DNA of 63,924 nt, counting the filler, from Nemertoderma westbladi (lineage: Eukaryota > Animalia > Xenacoelomorpha), in the NCBI GenBank assembly GCA_032718475.1. It is 3 parts of 3 records of this genome, joined end to end, with 100 filler letters (N's around TTAATTAATTAA, not from the genome) between each part and the next. Parts side by side here need not be neighbours in the genome. Positions count along the whole stretch, not along the records: positions 1 to 20,744 come from JAUCBJ010006729.1; positions 20,845 to 43,747 come from JAUCBJ010005063.1; 1 more part is not named here. One strand, given 5' to 3'. Position 1 is the stretch's first letter. Every line of letters begins with the position of its first letter. This document shows, piece by piece, positions 13,375 to 24,500 of the stretch. Made by a program: the position numbers and the translations under genes. The notes below the pieces were generated by a model. The model worked only from the letters and a program-made list of their open reading frames with translations. It did no database searches and had not been told where the DNA came from.

Positions 13375-14280
13375 ATTTTGGATTGAGGTAATAAATAGCT
13401 CAATGTCTACTGCTATATTGCTGTATTGCAATGCAGAAATGCAGGTACCAACTTGCAACTTGTTAAAAAAAACAAGTAAATAATATATTGTATTGCTGTA
13501 TTGGTCCACAGTTTTGTACTTTTCGACCCAGATATTTTTTTATGCTTATAATGTAAGTCTAAGCATGTCCAAGAAAGTCCAATCAAATTAGGTTTAAGCC
13601 TAAAAAACAAAAGTGTTATTTTTCTCGAACTTGATATATTCGAATTTTTCTACTTAATAAATTATTAACTTAATGTGTTGGTGTAGATCACGTCACTTTA
13701 CAGCTTTATAGTTAATCGAATTTTAATTGATTGTGCACATACATGTCCAACTTATTACATATATTATAACTGGTTGAGAATGTACAAATAGATGGACAAG
13801 TCGCTCTTTTTGGTACACCATAATGTTAAATTTTTATCAGAGTTACTTGCTTTACTTTTTGTCAATTCTCATATATTATTTGCTATAACTTCATTATGCA
13901 ACTGATTCGAAATTCGTTGTACTTAACTCACCGTTGGCCCAACCAGTAAATCTCATAAAACAACTCGAGACCGTACTATATTAATTTCTGTATTGGTGAA
14001 AGGTAGAATTTTAATTGATTGTATTGAATGATGATTTAACTTTCATGATGCTAACTTTAATCAGGGTGTGTGAGCTTTTATTCTAAATGTGCTCTTGTTT
14101 GCCTTATATTATTGTGCTCTTGTTCATTTCTATTTGTGCACTTGTTTGTCTTATAATTGTGCTCACCATCTTACTAAACTGCCGAAAACTATATTTTTCC
14201 GTGTCAAAATACCTTGAAAACCAACCTAGGTAAGATTTCAATTGTTTTGAAAATTAACTCAGTCCCACAAATCAAAGGTT

Positions 14281-14660
14281 TTCATAGATTAGAGCCTAAT
14301 GTGTACCAAGTTTGGTTCCATTTCATAGACTAGAGCCTAATGTGTACCAAGTCTGGTTCCATTTCATAGACATAGACAAGGGCCTAATGTGTACCAAGTC
14401 TGGTTCCATTTCATAGACTAGAGCCTAATGTGTACCAAGTTTGGTTCCATTTCATAGACTAGAGCCTAATGTGTACCAAGTCTGGTTCCATTTCATAGAC
14501 AAGGGCCTAATGTGTACCAAGTCTGGTTCCATTTCATAGACAAGGGCCTAATGTGTACCAAGTCTGGTTCCATTTCATAGACAAGGGCCTAATGTGTACC
14601 AAGTCTGGTTCCATTTCATAGACTAGAGCCTAATGTGTACCAAGTTTGGTTCCATTTCAT
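14281..14660. repeat. 41-bp minisatellite, about 9 copies
   Basis: Unit TTCATAGAC(T/A)AG(A/G)GCCTAATGTGTACCAAGT(T/C)TGGTTCCAT, head-to-tail with no spacers. Confidence 0.95.
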
Positions 14661-15575
14661 CAAAGATTGACCGAATTATTATCGTTCAAACAGTTCCAAC
14701 GACCACGACATATGGTCCACTAATTGTACCGCTACGCAAAGCTTTAATGTTCACCTGTACTTTGTGGCTCGCCCCACATCCCATGTTCCATATTTTCCAT
14801 ACATCGCACGTCGTACCACTTTACTGTATATGATTACCCTTTTATGACCTGTTATGGCCCTTTTACGAATTTATTTGACATTTGAAACGTAGGTGATGAA
14901 GGTTAGAGAACACCAGCTTGCTGGCCACTCGCTTTGGCGTAGTGTTGTTTACCTTAAGGAGTTAGTGTAGTCCCTGCCTGTCCCACAGGTAACATCCACG
15001 AGAGAGAGAGGAGCCCTTGGGTTGCCTTAGCGTTTTGTGCTTCATATTTACACCATAATAATAACACAAGATGCAACAAATAAATAAATTTGAAATCGGA
15101 TTTACCAGTAACTTTACAATTATTTAAAGGTAAAGCACCAGCCGTAACACTCTGCCATGATTTGACCTCGAGTAACTGAACTCCCGAAGATAATAAATAT
15201 ATTCCCATAATATTACTTACTATTATTATGAGTATTAATCAAGTCTAAATTACTGGTAATATAAAATCAGTTTAGAATCTATCTATATCATTTTATCTAG
15301 AAATCGGCATGCTGCATTGCAGCTGCATAAAGAATGCCATGGCCGGCTTATCAACAGAATTGCGCCTCCACAACTCTCTACACCCATGAAATTTGCTAGA
15401 TTAACCGCATATCTTCAATGCAAGTGTCCTATAAAGGGGAGGCGGCTCTTTCGTCCTAGTGTCAAACTTAAGGGGGGGGGGGGGGGGGGAGTGCTAATCA
15501 GCCACCATCAATGCGGCATCATTAATACGGGATGTACATTGTCAACAAGGAAGCTGTAGCTCTAGGCTACATACT

Positions 15576-16834
15576 TGTTCGCGCTTTCAGACCTTTGGCA
15601 GTTTAACCCACCAAATTAAGATGTCTTCTAGATATTAAATCTGCTTTTAGTCTATGACAAGTATTTGATTCACTACACTAGTCGAAACCAATCCGTGCGC
15701 GACCATTCACCCGCTGGATATTCCCGGGAGATTGGGTTCGACGGTTTAATTTTATTGCTATGTAAGCCTAATGTATTATTCGACTGACAGTATTATATAA
15801 TCTCTGACAATATTATTCACCTTCGGTAATATTAACAGTTCCTTTAGGACGTGGCGCTTTATCTATATAAACAGAGTTATGACTTAAACTACTCACAACG
15901 ATATGGCTTAATTATAATTCACATATATGGCGCATTCTTTAGGAATTGCTTCTTTAACAGACTCACTCATACACAATGCTGCACAATACTGCACACTAAT
16001 CTGCCAATCTTCACTGATTTTAGTCACATATAAAAGGAACACAGGCTGACTCATGTAGGGTCTATCAAATAACATTAGATTCACTTCAAACCACTTTAAC
16101 ATAAGTCACAATCGTTATTCTGTAACCCTTCTCTCTTACCTTCGGTACACCAAGAACACTGGGTTTCGGGGTTATTTATCGTTATTCCAAATATAATAAT
16201 TCGTCAACCATATTATGAAGAACTGACGGTAAATAGCAGTATAAAACAACAATGAAAACACTGATTGTTATGAGTTTGCAATGTTTCAGCAGTCAGTATG
16301 TATGATCAGTTAGTAGTGATTCCATGAGTCAGGTAGTCGTTTGGGCCGCAGGTCAGTTAAAGGATATATGCCCTTTATAATTAAACCTACTAGTGTAAAA
16401 CTAAAAACAGTAAAGCACAAAATACTTCCAAGCCGTTCTTTCTTAGGCTCAGGACTGAATGTAAACACTGCACATAGGCATTGCGTCATTTCTCGGAAAT
16501 TTTCTGTACAAGGAGCCACAAAAACGCTCTAATTGGCTGACTGAACTGAGAGACACCGTAGAACAAAGGAAATCAACACGTATGAATGTCAGCTGTTAAC
16601 CGTAGTCATAGTAACTACTGTTCAAGAGTAGCTATCACCCTTTTGCGTCACGAATTGCCATAGAATCATAAAATATGCCTTTCACAGTACACACACGGAG
16701 GAAATAGGTCTTAGATCCTCTAAAAACACCGATACAGCAATAATACGGTCTCTTACACTTATTAAATCAACTACAGAGTATTTTAGTGTAAAAGATAATA
16801 AAAATAACGGGGCAATTCAGCAAAGGCTTTTACA
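15576..16834 (-). mobile_element. 3' LTR (1259 bp) of a second BEL/Pao element
   Basis: TGTAAAAGC...GAACA on the minus strand, preceded by the purine tract GGGAGCGG (16835-16842). Homologous to 6338-7594. Confidence 0.75.
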
Positions 16835-19643
16835 CCGCTCCCAGAAAATGGGATTTTCAGTCTATAAAATATAAAAAATCACAGTTTCTAAAACATAAAG
16901 ATACTCTAAACAGTTAGTCTTTCTTACGCAGACGGCGTTTACGCAGTTTTTTGAGGCTAGCAAGAGTCTTTTTCTCTTTGGGGGGAGCCACTTTACTAGG
17001 AGGGCCATAACTCCTGGGTGAAGGGTGCAATATGATTGCATCAGAAGGTGTAGGATTGTGGTCGAGGTATCTGCCGTTTCGATATGCTTCTCCTCGAGCT
17101 GATTTTCCTCCGCTCGTAGCTGGATACGTTCATCCAAAAACTCTCGCAGAGAATAGGATCGTCCAAGTTCGATAACTTCTTAGAGATTCTGGATTTCCCA
17201 ATCGAATTGAGATAAGGCCAATTCGTTTATCGATTGGACTCACTGTTATAACTTACGTTTATCTGAACAAACGCAGGTTTCCCTTTTGATCTTTATAAAA
17301 TAGCGTTTAACTCGTTTAGTACAACGCTCTCCTTCCCCTTGATGAGGGGTTGTATCGCGTTAAACGTGGACGACCATACGGTTGGATAGTGATATTAGGT
17401 GTCCGCGTCACAATCCGGCTAGGTAAGATGGGCGGCAAGCTAGAAATCACTGTCGGAGTGTTACCGATTAATTGTTAGGGTAGCACTAGATCTTTGAACA
17501 GTGAATACAGTCCGCGAGGATCCGCGACACCACCAAGATCGCAGGTCTGAGGTCCAACTAAGGAATGAGGAGGTTTGACCGAGTATTCCGGGACTCTGAT
17601 CGTAGGTTTACTCCAGGATCGTTCGAGCCGAGTGAGCATAGGTGATACGTCAACAAGTTTCGGTTTACGTGGATGTTTATGTCTTTCCGTTTATTAGTTG
17701 GGTCTAGGGCATTTATCGTAATAATACCAAAGACGCACGTCTGGTAGGGTAAACGCGGGTGATATTTATTTGTTGTTACAATGCTTCTATCAAGAATTCC
17801 AAATATACGTTGGAGTTACCGCGTCCATTTGTTTCTTAAGTGTCTTTTCTTTCGAGTCGATTTCGAATAGAATTTTCGCATTCGAATTTCCGTTTATGGT
17901 TCCGACTCCGCTGGGCAGGATATATAGTCGACATAGTCCGTATTGTGTAAATCGATAGGATGACAAGACCATCTTCTATCAACTCCGTCATATCTGCTAT
18001 ATATGAGTTTATCCATATTATAATGAGTTTATATTTAGGCAAGCGGGCGTCGCTGCCTACCCCAATCAACCCCGGACAGTACGAGATCCTCAGCGCCGAT
18101 GTGTCGTCGCCGCTGTACTTTCGCCAACGACGTAGCCGCACAACGACAACGACAACCGGCACAAGTCACTCGACTGTCCGTCCCAAAGGCTTAGATGTAC
18201 TTCAGGTATTCCTTGGAGAGTTAGGTTACTTTTACGATTGCGACTAGCTACTGTAAACACACCTTAGCAGTAACATTCACCTATAAACTCACAAATACCA
18301 CACACACAACTTGTCACAAATTACACACATTCGGGCCATTTGTCCGTTAGTCAATGCCTTCCAGAATGTCACTGTATTAGTATGTATCCTTGGATACTAG
18401 TAGTGCGCTATTTATTCCCTATGCTATTCAATGGGACAAGCTTTCTATTGTTCGTTTAACTCAATTCTAATTCTAGCGTGGTTGTTGCTATGGTGACATT
18501 ATGCAAAGCTAGCGGTAGAATTAGAGTAATTCCAATGCATACAGATCTGGGATGTTATTTAATAGGAATTCTTTAATAGTCAATGTTCTGTTTTATACAT
18601 GACTTTATGAATTTTATCGGCTATTGACTATGTTTGGGAGACTTTCACACACTCATACGCATGCTAAGATAAATCTCCGCTCCCTTGATCTATTAATTAA
18701 TGGAATTTTGGGAACTTTATAAATTGCGTAAAAATGGCAATTTATTAAATTCATTAAAAGGCATGAATTTAAATTGATTCCCTGAAATTTTATTATTTGA
18801 TAATTAAATGGACATATTTGGATTCCAGAACATGTCTGGTGACACAAGATCCTTAATTCTATGACAATTGTCTTTTTAAGAATATCGGTAAATGCTACGA
18901 TATCTTAATTGACTAGAATTGTTGAAGGATCTGAATTTTACGGATTTTGATTTATTAGATTTGCAAATATTAAATAATTAATATTTGAGATGGGCACCGA
19001 TTTATTCCAGAACTTGTCTGGGGACGTTAACCACTGATTCTAGAATTTGTCTTTCAAGTATATCGGTGGGTGCCGCGATATCTTAATCGACTAGAATTAC
19101 AGATGGTCAAAGGGTTTAACAGATTTATTTTGCGTTATACGCTACTGTTAAAGGGACATCACGCTACTATATGTATTATTTAATATACGGTATGAGAGCA
19201 ATATCGCACGAAGCAATGTCAGTGTGAAGAGGCAAGTCGTTTCCAAGGTCTACCCAGAGCTTGGTTTAGCCGAGACACGAGGATCTGAACTTTGCATTCC
19301 TAATACTCTGCCTACCAATAATACTTAAATATAGTAGTGGCTTTATTGTACTTTAATAAGTACAGACATTTCATCTTACTGTAGTTACGTATTTATAATA
19401 TAATACGGACAGTAAGGAAAGAGAAAAATAATTATTTCTTCGCCGTCGCACTAAATATAATATAAGTAAGTATGTACGTAATAAACACGAATATATTGCA
19501 CTATTCTACAAAATAATCGCTAAATAATATTCTACTAAATTAAATAAAACGATTATAATAAAATTACATAGTAATACATACATAAATATAAAAATGATAA
19601 AATAATATAAAATAATAGAGTCACACGCCCACTCCATATGTTG

Positions 19644-20744
19644 TTACGTTATGGAGTCCCTAGATGTTTGAAGGATTAGGGAGGTGGTCGTGGGAAGAGA
19701 ATCTTGCCTTCCACAGTTTCCGGAGAGTCCTCCATTCCCTTCCGGTAAACACAAACGACCGACTGGGTGATTGAGTCGCTGCATCCCGAATACAATTCCA
19801 GGTTTCCTCTTCGTCCTGGAATAGTGACGATAGAGACATCGCTCTAGGTACACGACGGCCTTACAAAGCCGATTCCAGGAGCTATAGTGGTCCGTCGCTC
19901 CCTGCAGGAGAGGTGAGAGTCCCTGCGAGACGTCTGATGTTCCAGAGCTCCAATCGCACTCTCTGATCTTCATGAAGGATCCACTCGCGGAGGGGAGGCC
20001 CAGATCCACGGCGTCGTCCCTGGCAACATGTAATACCGACAGATCTATCCCGGGTTCAAATAACTCCGATCCACCCGTCCGGGTTTCAGGTTCGACTTTC
20101 TCCGCTCCCTTGGCTGGTCTAATCTCAGTCGGAGTAAGATGGGGAGGCCATTCATTCTCCTTACTCAGGAAGTCGGGTTCACCTAACCGGTCTATAGTAT
20201 CTGTCAGTTCTTGAGGAGTTGCTCCTCTGGAAGCGATGTCCGTTGGATTAAACTTCTTGGGGCAATATCTCCATTGATCTACATTGGAGCTAAGATTGTC
20301 ATTATCTGAGGAGTGTGGTGTTCCCTCAGTTGGGTCGTCTCCCTCACTAGTATCATCTTCCCATTCATTCACCTGGCAGACGCGATCTTGAAGCAGTCTT
20401 TCCCTGAGCGTTCTACGGGAAGGTCCAGTAAGGTACCAACCTACTCTAGTTCTTACCGCATAGGTCTGTAGTGGCTGCGGTTGAGCAGGTCGTTTCTCTA
20501 ATGTCTCCAGCGCCTCATGCGCGTTTTGGCCGATGAGTATTTGCACTCCAGGATAATCAGTCTGGAATCGAGGTATGTTAAGATGTTGGATGCTCTCATC
20601 CTCGTCCCAATTATAAAGGTCTGCTTGAGTAGTAGCGAAGTTCTTTATAGCCACCATTTTCACTGACCTTATGCTGTGTTCTCCTAGTTCATCTTGTGGG
20701 GTGGACAACGCGCCTACATAATAATCAGCTGTTATTGTAGATTT
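19644..20744 (-). CDS. Internally deleted BEL/Pao pol remnant (post-protease region fused in frame to the RNase H end; no RT or integrase core)
   Basis: VQILIGQN..YAVRTRVGWYLTGP is followed about 50 aa later by QWRYCPKKFNPTDIASRG..PDFL..EWP..YSSWNRL. The frame is open up to the gap. Confidence 0.75.
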   Translation of the reverse strand, partial: KSTITADYYVGALSTPQDELGEHSIRSVKMVAIKNFATTQADLYNWDEDESIQHLNIPRFQTDYPGVQILIGQNAHEALETLEKRPAQPQPLQTYAVRTRVGWYLTGPSRRTLRERLLQDRVCQVNEWEDDTSEGDDPTEGTPHSSDNDNLSSNVDQWRYCPKKFNPTDIASRGATPQELTDTIDRLGEPDFLSKENEWPPHLTPTEIRPAKGAEKVEPETRTGGSELFEPGIDLSVLHVARDDAVDLGLPSASGSFMKIRECDWSSGTSDVSQGLSPLLQGATDHYSSWNRLCKAVVYLERCLYRHYSRTKRKPGIVFGMQRLNHPVGRLCLPEGNGGLSGNCGRQDSLPTTTSLILQTSRDSIT

Positions 20745-20844
20745 NNNNNNNNNNNNNNNNNNNNNNNNNNNNNNNNNNNNNNNNNNNNTTAATTAATTAA
20801 NNNNNNNNNNNNNNNNNNNNNNNNNNNNNNNNNNNNNNNNNNNN
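20745..20844. other. Artificial contig linker
   Basis: 44 N + TTAATTAATTAA (stops in all six frames) + 44 N. Confidence 0.97.
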
Positions 20845-20935
20845 CTTTACAGTAGGTTTCAGAGTATTTTAGCGTATGGGGGAAAAACTGGGTTGCGGGG
20901 CGAAGGGCCAGTTACATCCCACAGAAGCTTTTACA
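20845..20935 (-). mobile_element. Terminal fragment of a third related long LTR
   Basis: CAGAGTATTTTAG...AAGCTTTTACA resembles the LTR ends at 7594 and 16834. Confidence 0.5.
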
Positions 20936-21545
20936 CACAGGCAAATGAATTGATGTCTGTTGAGATGTATTGAAGGAGCACTATTCCTTCTACTAGACTA
21001 CTACAGTTAGGCCATGTCCTTGTGTGCTAGCCTAGGCACTGGCTTGGTCAATGACTTTAGCTTGGGTTGGCTAATGTACAACTTCAAGAAATATTATTGG
21101 GCACGGCTGCCCTTGTCATGCCTTAGGCTCTATGGGGGAGAATGGAATCAGCGTATGAATTTAAAATGTTAATTATGTTTAAATCAATGAAAAATACATT
21201 TATTAACGCAAATCACTTGAAAAAATAAAAAACTATAATGGAATGGGGTACATGGATTCCAGATATCTAATTTCTGTGCAAAATAACTTTAATCGTATGG
21301 TGTTAAATAGTTAATTTCCATGGAAAGACCGTTCAAAATGACTCAACCATACAATTTAGCTGAAGATATTAATTTAGATTATGGCTTCCGCCGACATTTA
21401 TGGCTTCCGACACACACCCCCCCCCCCCCCCCCCCCCCCCCCCCACCACACACACAGACTTTTGAAAAACGGCCATAGTATAATTATATCAGTTCGCTGA
21501 TGGCTCGCCATTCGTGTCTCGTCCCACAAACCAGTATATGTAGTC

Positions 21546-24500
21546 CTACCCTTCTTAGGAGTTACTTCTACTTTACTTCAAAAGCGATTAAGAATTTTAA
21601 CAAGTGCCTTTCCACAGTGCGATTTTAAATTCATTTTTAAGCCTGATTGTAGGTTGTCTGATCTTTTAAAGACCTACTGCCAGTCTCATTACGCTCACTC
21701 ACCCTTTATAAATTCACATGTGGTAGCTGTTCTGCTACCTACATTGGCAAGTCAAAACGCCACTTTAAGGTGAGAGTATATGAGCACTTGGCTAAGTCGG
21801 TCCGGGCAGAGAAACCTGTTGATGGGTTATGTGCTATGCTATATTAATATTTGGTCACAACAGTAGTAGAGTAAATCAATATTGTGTGTGCATTACCAAT
21901 AAACTCAAGTAAGCAAATTACATCCCACTTCCTACAATGGGATAATTCAGCTGGTATTATATTAAAGTGATACGTTAAATGGTGGTGGTTGAAAAGATTA
22001 ATATATAACATATATTGTTGTAATTGTATGGTTATTCATTATGTCCAGTTTCCAGTTGTAACTTAAATTTAAAGATTAAAATTATATTAATAATATGCAT
22101 TAAAAGTTTATACTTTAATTATTTTGTCCCTGTGGATAATTACCGCAAATATATCATGGCGCAGTGTATACAAAACCTAAGTTACGATTGATGGATGGTG
22201 TTGTTACCAATGGTTCCGTTCTCTGAGATGTTACAGGATTTCCAAGGGCCGTTCGTATTCGCTTACAAACTGCGCATCACAGTTGCTGGTCTCGGGTTAA
22301 GATGACTCCACATACAATCGTTTGGTGAGGTGGATCTAACAAATGACTTTCGGACTATAAGGTAACTCTGTCTCTACTGTATAACGCAGACTCAATTATT
22401 TATATTGTTGTGCTTACAGTACTATGATCTTGCTATTTGAGTTCATAATTTCACAAGTAATTTGTTCTTTGACTCAAGATCGCTATAAAATGTCTGACAT
22501 TGCAAGTTTGAAAAAATCGTTAGCAAATAACCGTCGAAATTTTTCTCGAATGGCAAACACTTGTCAAATTGCTACCCAACAACAAGACGTGTTGCCTCAG
22601 GATATTTTGCGTTTGAGAGCAAATGCATCTTGAATGCAGACATACCTGGAGAGAATATCTTCTTTAATAGAAGATTATTAAAGATAATTATTTTATTACC
22701 AGATGGAGAAATTGAGAAATTTTCTGACGCTTCTGAGGATGACACCTCTGATAAAATTGCAACACTCAACCATATATCACAATTTATTGATTCGTTATCA
22801 ATTACCCCTGAGACTACCCGAGAACCGGCATCTAGGCAATCGAGTGCATCTGGGACACAAAGCACTATTGCAAAAACCGCAGCTACTCATGCACCGAAAC
22901 CTTATGGACGCGACATAACATTGAATGAATTTCATGAGTGGCGCGAAACTTGGAATGATTATGTAACCCTTGTTTGTACACCTGTATGAATTGCCACGAG
23001 GTGAACAATGTGCAGCACTGCGGCATTGCTTAAGCCAAGAAGTTAAGGATGTATTAAACTATGCCGTCACTGTCTATCTGATGAGGAAATTCGTAGGAAA
23101 TTAATGGCTATCCGTCCATATCCTGACCTTGAGGAGGTTATTGCCTTTTGCCGCCGTGAATAGGCAGCAATTGCTAATGCATCAGCAAGTAGTGCTGTTG
23201 TCAATAAAATAAATCCAGATGGAAATCGAGGGTGGTCATTAACTCAAAAACGATATAAATGGAAACAGAGAAACGCCAGCAAACACCGCTCTCAGTCTCG
23301 TGACCGACAATGCCAGAAATGTGGTCGGTACCGGCATTCAGCGGCCACTGAATGCCCAGCTAAGACATCCACATGTACTATTTGTGGGAAATATGGCCAT
23401 TGGGCTCCTTGTTGTTACCATAAGGGTAAGAAACAAGGATACTCGAAAGATACAAGTGCAGGGGCAGTCACTGTGTGTAAAGCAGCAACCTTGGAGTGCA
23501 ACCCCCCACATGTTATTGTGTCTGTTAGGTATAAATCACAGACCAAGGATTTTCGTGCAACGCCAGATACTGGTGCTGGTGTAACAATTGTGTCAAAAAG
23601 TAAATTTCTCGGACTAGGTTTGTCTAAAGACATGCTGGAAAATTGTGAGATAAAACTTTTTGCTGCAAATGGAGGTAATTTAAATGTCTTAGGAAAGATA
23701 TATCTTTGCGTTCAATATTGCAAGTTGTCTGCCACAACTGATGTTTATATAGAATCTGATGCTACTGATGTCCTTTTAGATTGGAATCTTTGCAGAAATT
23801 TAGGTATTGTTCCTAAGGATTATCCTTCGCAAATAACGAGAATTCCTTGTATGATAAATACAGCAAACATTGCCTTTCCTCATACTACTAATATTGATCA
23901 AATTAAGGATGCTTATTAAAGGAATTTTCTGATATGATCATTGATCCCTCTGTAGCTTCGGTAAATGTTCTCAAACTGATGGTTGGTGATCCCATGCGGA
24001 TTCATATGAGACAGGGGGCTGTGCCTTTTACTTTATCGACGGCACGTCAAATAGCTCTTCCTCTGCGTGATAAGGCTAAAATAGAGGTAGAGAAAATGAT
24101 AAAAACTGGTGTTATTGAAAGAGTTGGAGATGAACCATCAACCTGGTGCCACCCAATGGTTGCTACTCCGAAGCCAAACAATGGAGTTAGAATTTGCGTC
24201 GATTTCACACGACTTAATAAATATTGTGATAGACCATTGCATCCGCAGATGCAATGGTTGCTACTCCGAAGCCAAACAATGGAGTTAGAATTTGCGTCGA
24301 TTTCACACAACTTAATAAATATTGTGATAGACCATTGCATCCGCAGATGATACCCAAAGAAGCTGTAGACAATGTGTGTCCTAGTGATTGCTTCTTTTCA
24401 ACACTAGATGCTTTAAAACGATATTGGCAGGTTGAACTGGATAAACGGGACCGACATTATATGACTTTTATTTGTCCTGAAGGTCAGTTTCATTACCTGC

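Noticed and set aside
14281-14660. CRISPR-like array
   Set aside because: Units are head-to-tail with no unique spacers, there are no cas genes, and the context is eukaryotic.
15576-20935. 15576-16834 and the 20845-20935 fragment as the paired LTRs of one element
   Set aside because: The terminal sequences are clearly divergent, the flanks ATACT/CACAG are not a TSD, and a linker lies between them.
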